Source: an uncultured Planctomycetota bacterium (GTDB lineage Bacteria > Planctomycetota > Planctomycetia > Pirellulales > Lacipirellulaceae). Taken from it: a stretch of DNA of 64,000 bases. The position numbers and the translations under genes were made by a program. How positions within the stretch are numbered: position 1 is the stretch's first letter; each line of letters starts with the position of its first letter. Below the pieces are notes generated by a model. That model saw only the letters and a program-made list of their open reading frames with translations, did no database searches and was not told where the DNA came from. The stretch spans positions 32,001-96,000 of the forward strand of contig CAVRBU010000017.1 of the NCBI GenBank assembly GCA_963719315.1, written 5' to 3'. This document shows, piece after piece, positions 62,298 to 64,000 of the stretch.

Positions 62298-62732
62298 ATG
62301 GGACCCGAATCCGAATTGCTGGAAAGGGATCCGCAGACGTATGCAATCATTGGCGCGTGCATGGCAGTGCATAACGAGCTTGGTCCTGGCTTTTTAGAAG
62401 CCGTCTACCAAGAGGCTCTTACAATCGAGTTTGCACGTCGCCGTATTCCGTTTGTGCGTGAGAAGCCTCTGATCATTTTCTATGGCGGTCAGCAACTTGC
62501 GACGCGTTACGAAGCTGATTTTTTCTGTTACGAGTCAATAATCCCAGAACTGAAGGCGCTCAGCGAGTTGATCCCCAAGCACCACGCTCAAGTTATCAAC
62601 TATCTGAAGGCGACACGATCGGAACGTGGATTGCTCGTGAACTTTGGCGCGCCTCGGCTCGAATACAAGCGATTCATCCTCTCCCATTCGTCGAAATGCT
62701 CGTCCGCAGATGGTGCGGACGATCGCAGATAA
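62298..62732 (+). CDS. GxxExxY family protein (PD-(D/E)xK nuclease-like)
   Basis: VHNELGPGFLEAVYQEAL, ADF, ELKA, AQVINYLK and GLLVNFG. Confidence 0.93.
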   Translation: MGPESELLERDPQTYAIIGACMAVHNELGPGFLEAVYQEALTIEFARRRIPFVREKPLIIFYGGQQLATRYEADFFCYESIIPELKALSELIPKHHAQVINYLKATRSERGLLVNFGAPRLEYKRFILSHSSKCSSADGADDRR

Positions 62733-62811
62733 GAATTCGTTTCTCACTATCTGCGCAAATTTGCATCGACCAAAGTGACTTGCATCTGCGGAAATCTGCG
62801 GCATCTGTGGA
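62702..62811. repeat. 110-bp direct repeat, right of GxxExxY
   Basis: Copy of 62166-62275. It contains the gene's TAA stop. Confidence 0.95.
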
Positions 62812-62818
62812 CTAAAAC

Positions 62819-63896
62819 ATGCCTTCCGAATTTCGAACCCTCGAGTGGATTGGCGATATCGATGGTCATTTGCGGCTGCTCGATCAAACGCGGTTGCCGG
62901 CCGATACTGTTTATCTCGATTGCCGTACGGTCGAGGATGTGTGGCAGGCGATCAAGCGATTGAGCGTGCGCGGCGCCGGCCATCGGTGTGGCGGCGGCGT
63001 ATGGGGTGTGTATCGGCGTCAACGAGCGTCGCGATGTGGACGACGTTTGCAAGTATCTGGCGACGAGCCGGCCGACGGCGGTGAATTTGTTTTGGGCGCT
63101 GGAACGTATGCGTTGTTCAGCGAGTCAAGTCGTCCGTAACCCCGACAAACCCTCCCCTAACCCCTCCCTAAAAGGGAGAGGGATTCAGGACGCGCTTCTT
63201 GCTGAAGCGCGGGCGATCGAAGACGAGGACCGCGCCTGTTGCGCCTCGATGGCGAACTTCGGCGCTGATCTGCTCGCCGATTTGCCACCCGGCGCTGGCA
63301 TTCTCACGCACTGCAACACGGGAGCACTGGTCTCGGGCAGCGGCGATGGCACGGCGCTCGCCGTGATTTTTGAGTTGGCCCGTCGCGGTAAAAAACCACA
63401 CGTGTTTGCCGACGAAACACGGCCGCTGTTGCAAGGCGCGCGGCTCACCATGTGGGAGTTGATGCAGCGCGGCATTGACGCCACGCTGATCTGCGATTCG
63501 GCCGCCGCGCAAGTGATGCGCGAAGGGCGCATTCAGGCTGTGATTACGGGCGCGGACCGCATCGCGGCGAATGGCGACACGGCCAATAAGATTGGCACAT
63601 ACAGCGTCGCCACGCTCGCACGTGTCCATAACATCCCGTTCTACGTCGCCGCCCCGGCCTCTACATTCGATCTCTCAATTGCGACGGGCGCCGACATTCC
63701 CATCGAACAGCGCGCGGCCGAGGAAATCACGCACGGCTTCGGCAAGCAGACCGCGCCCGAAGGAGCCGTCGTCTACAACCCGGCTTTCGACGTAACGCCG
63801 GCCGAGCTCATCGCCGCGATCATTACCGACCGCGGGGTCATCTCGCCTGTCGATTCTGCGACGATGAAAAAGGTCGCACGTATCCTCAGCGCATAA
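62819..63896 (+). CDS. mtnA: S-methyl-5-thioribose-1-phosphate isomerase, frameshift near 62973
   Basis: LLDQTRLP, VRGA(PAIG), SRPTAVNL, LTHCNTG, ETRPLLQGARLT, ANKIGT and NPAFDVTP. Confidence 0.93.
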
Positions 63897-63927
63897 AAAA
63901 GCCGGCGACTTTCGTCGCCGGCTTTTT
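63895..63927. terminator. Bidirectional rho-independent terminator
   Basis: aaaaaagccggcgac-tttc-gtcgccggcttttt directly after the mtnA stop. Confidence 0.85.
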
Positions 63928-63928
63928 A

Positions 63929-64000
63929 GTAGGTCCCTTCTGCAGGAAGGAACCTTGAATCATAGCAAATGCTCGCGACTCCGCTGAGGTCCCGCTCGGC
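63929..64000. repeat. GTAG REP doublet, copy 3 (cut by window end)
   Basis: gtaggtcccttctgcaggaaggaacct ... aggtcccgctcggc. Confidence 0.8.

Overview
High-GC bacterial chromosome segment, most likely Planctomycetota (Pirellulales-like). The taxon is inferred from PEP-CTERM/dockerin-like proteins, tadE/tadG-type genes and the style of the intergenic repeats, not from a database search. The backbone is housekeeping: ugd, gyrA, dnaE, UDP-glucuronate decarboxylase, ribBA, CBS-korA-korB-CBS, putA, ilvN/ilvC, mutY, feoAAB with a Fur-like box, pntA2/pntB, rplM/rpsI, ald and mtnA. Accessory parts: two insertion sequences with visible terminal inverted repeats (TIRs) and target duplications; a FAAL-ACP/thioesterase/PPTase trio; an AT-richer islet with a DUF2075 nuclease-helicase, an HNH pseudogene and a REP-associated tyrosine transposase (RAYT); vapBC; and an unannotated ParD-like pseudogene. 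The most striking pattern is a dense population of short palindromic elements: 7-10 bp periodic hairpins, GTAG REP doublets and nested hairpins, some inside coding sequence. Two nuclease genes, a RAYT and a GxxExxY protein, are each bracketed by ~100 bp direct repeats that are themselves hairpins. This suggests GxxExxY/periodic-hairpin units are a REPIN-like mobile system. Several genes carry 1-2 nt frameshifts that look like assembly errors. No rRNA, tRNA or CRISPR array was recognised.
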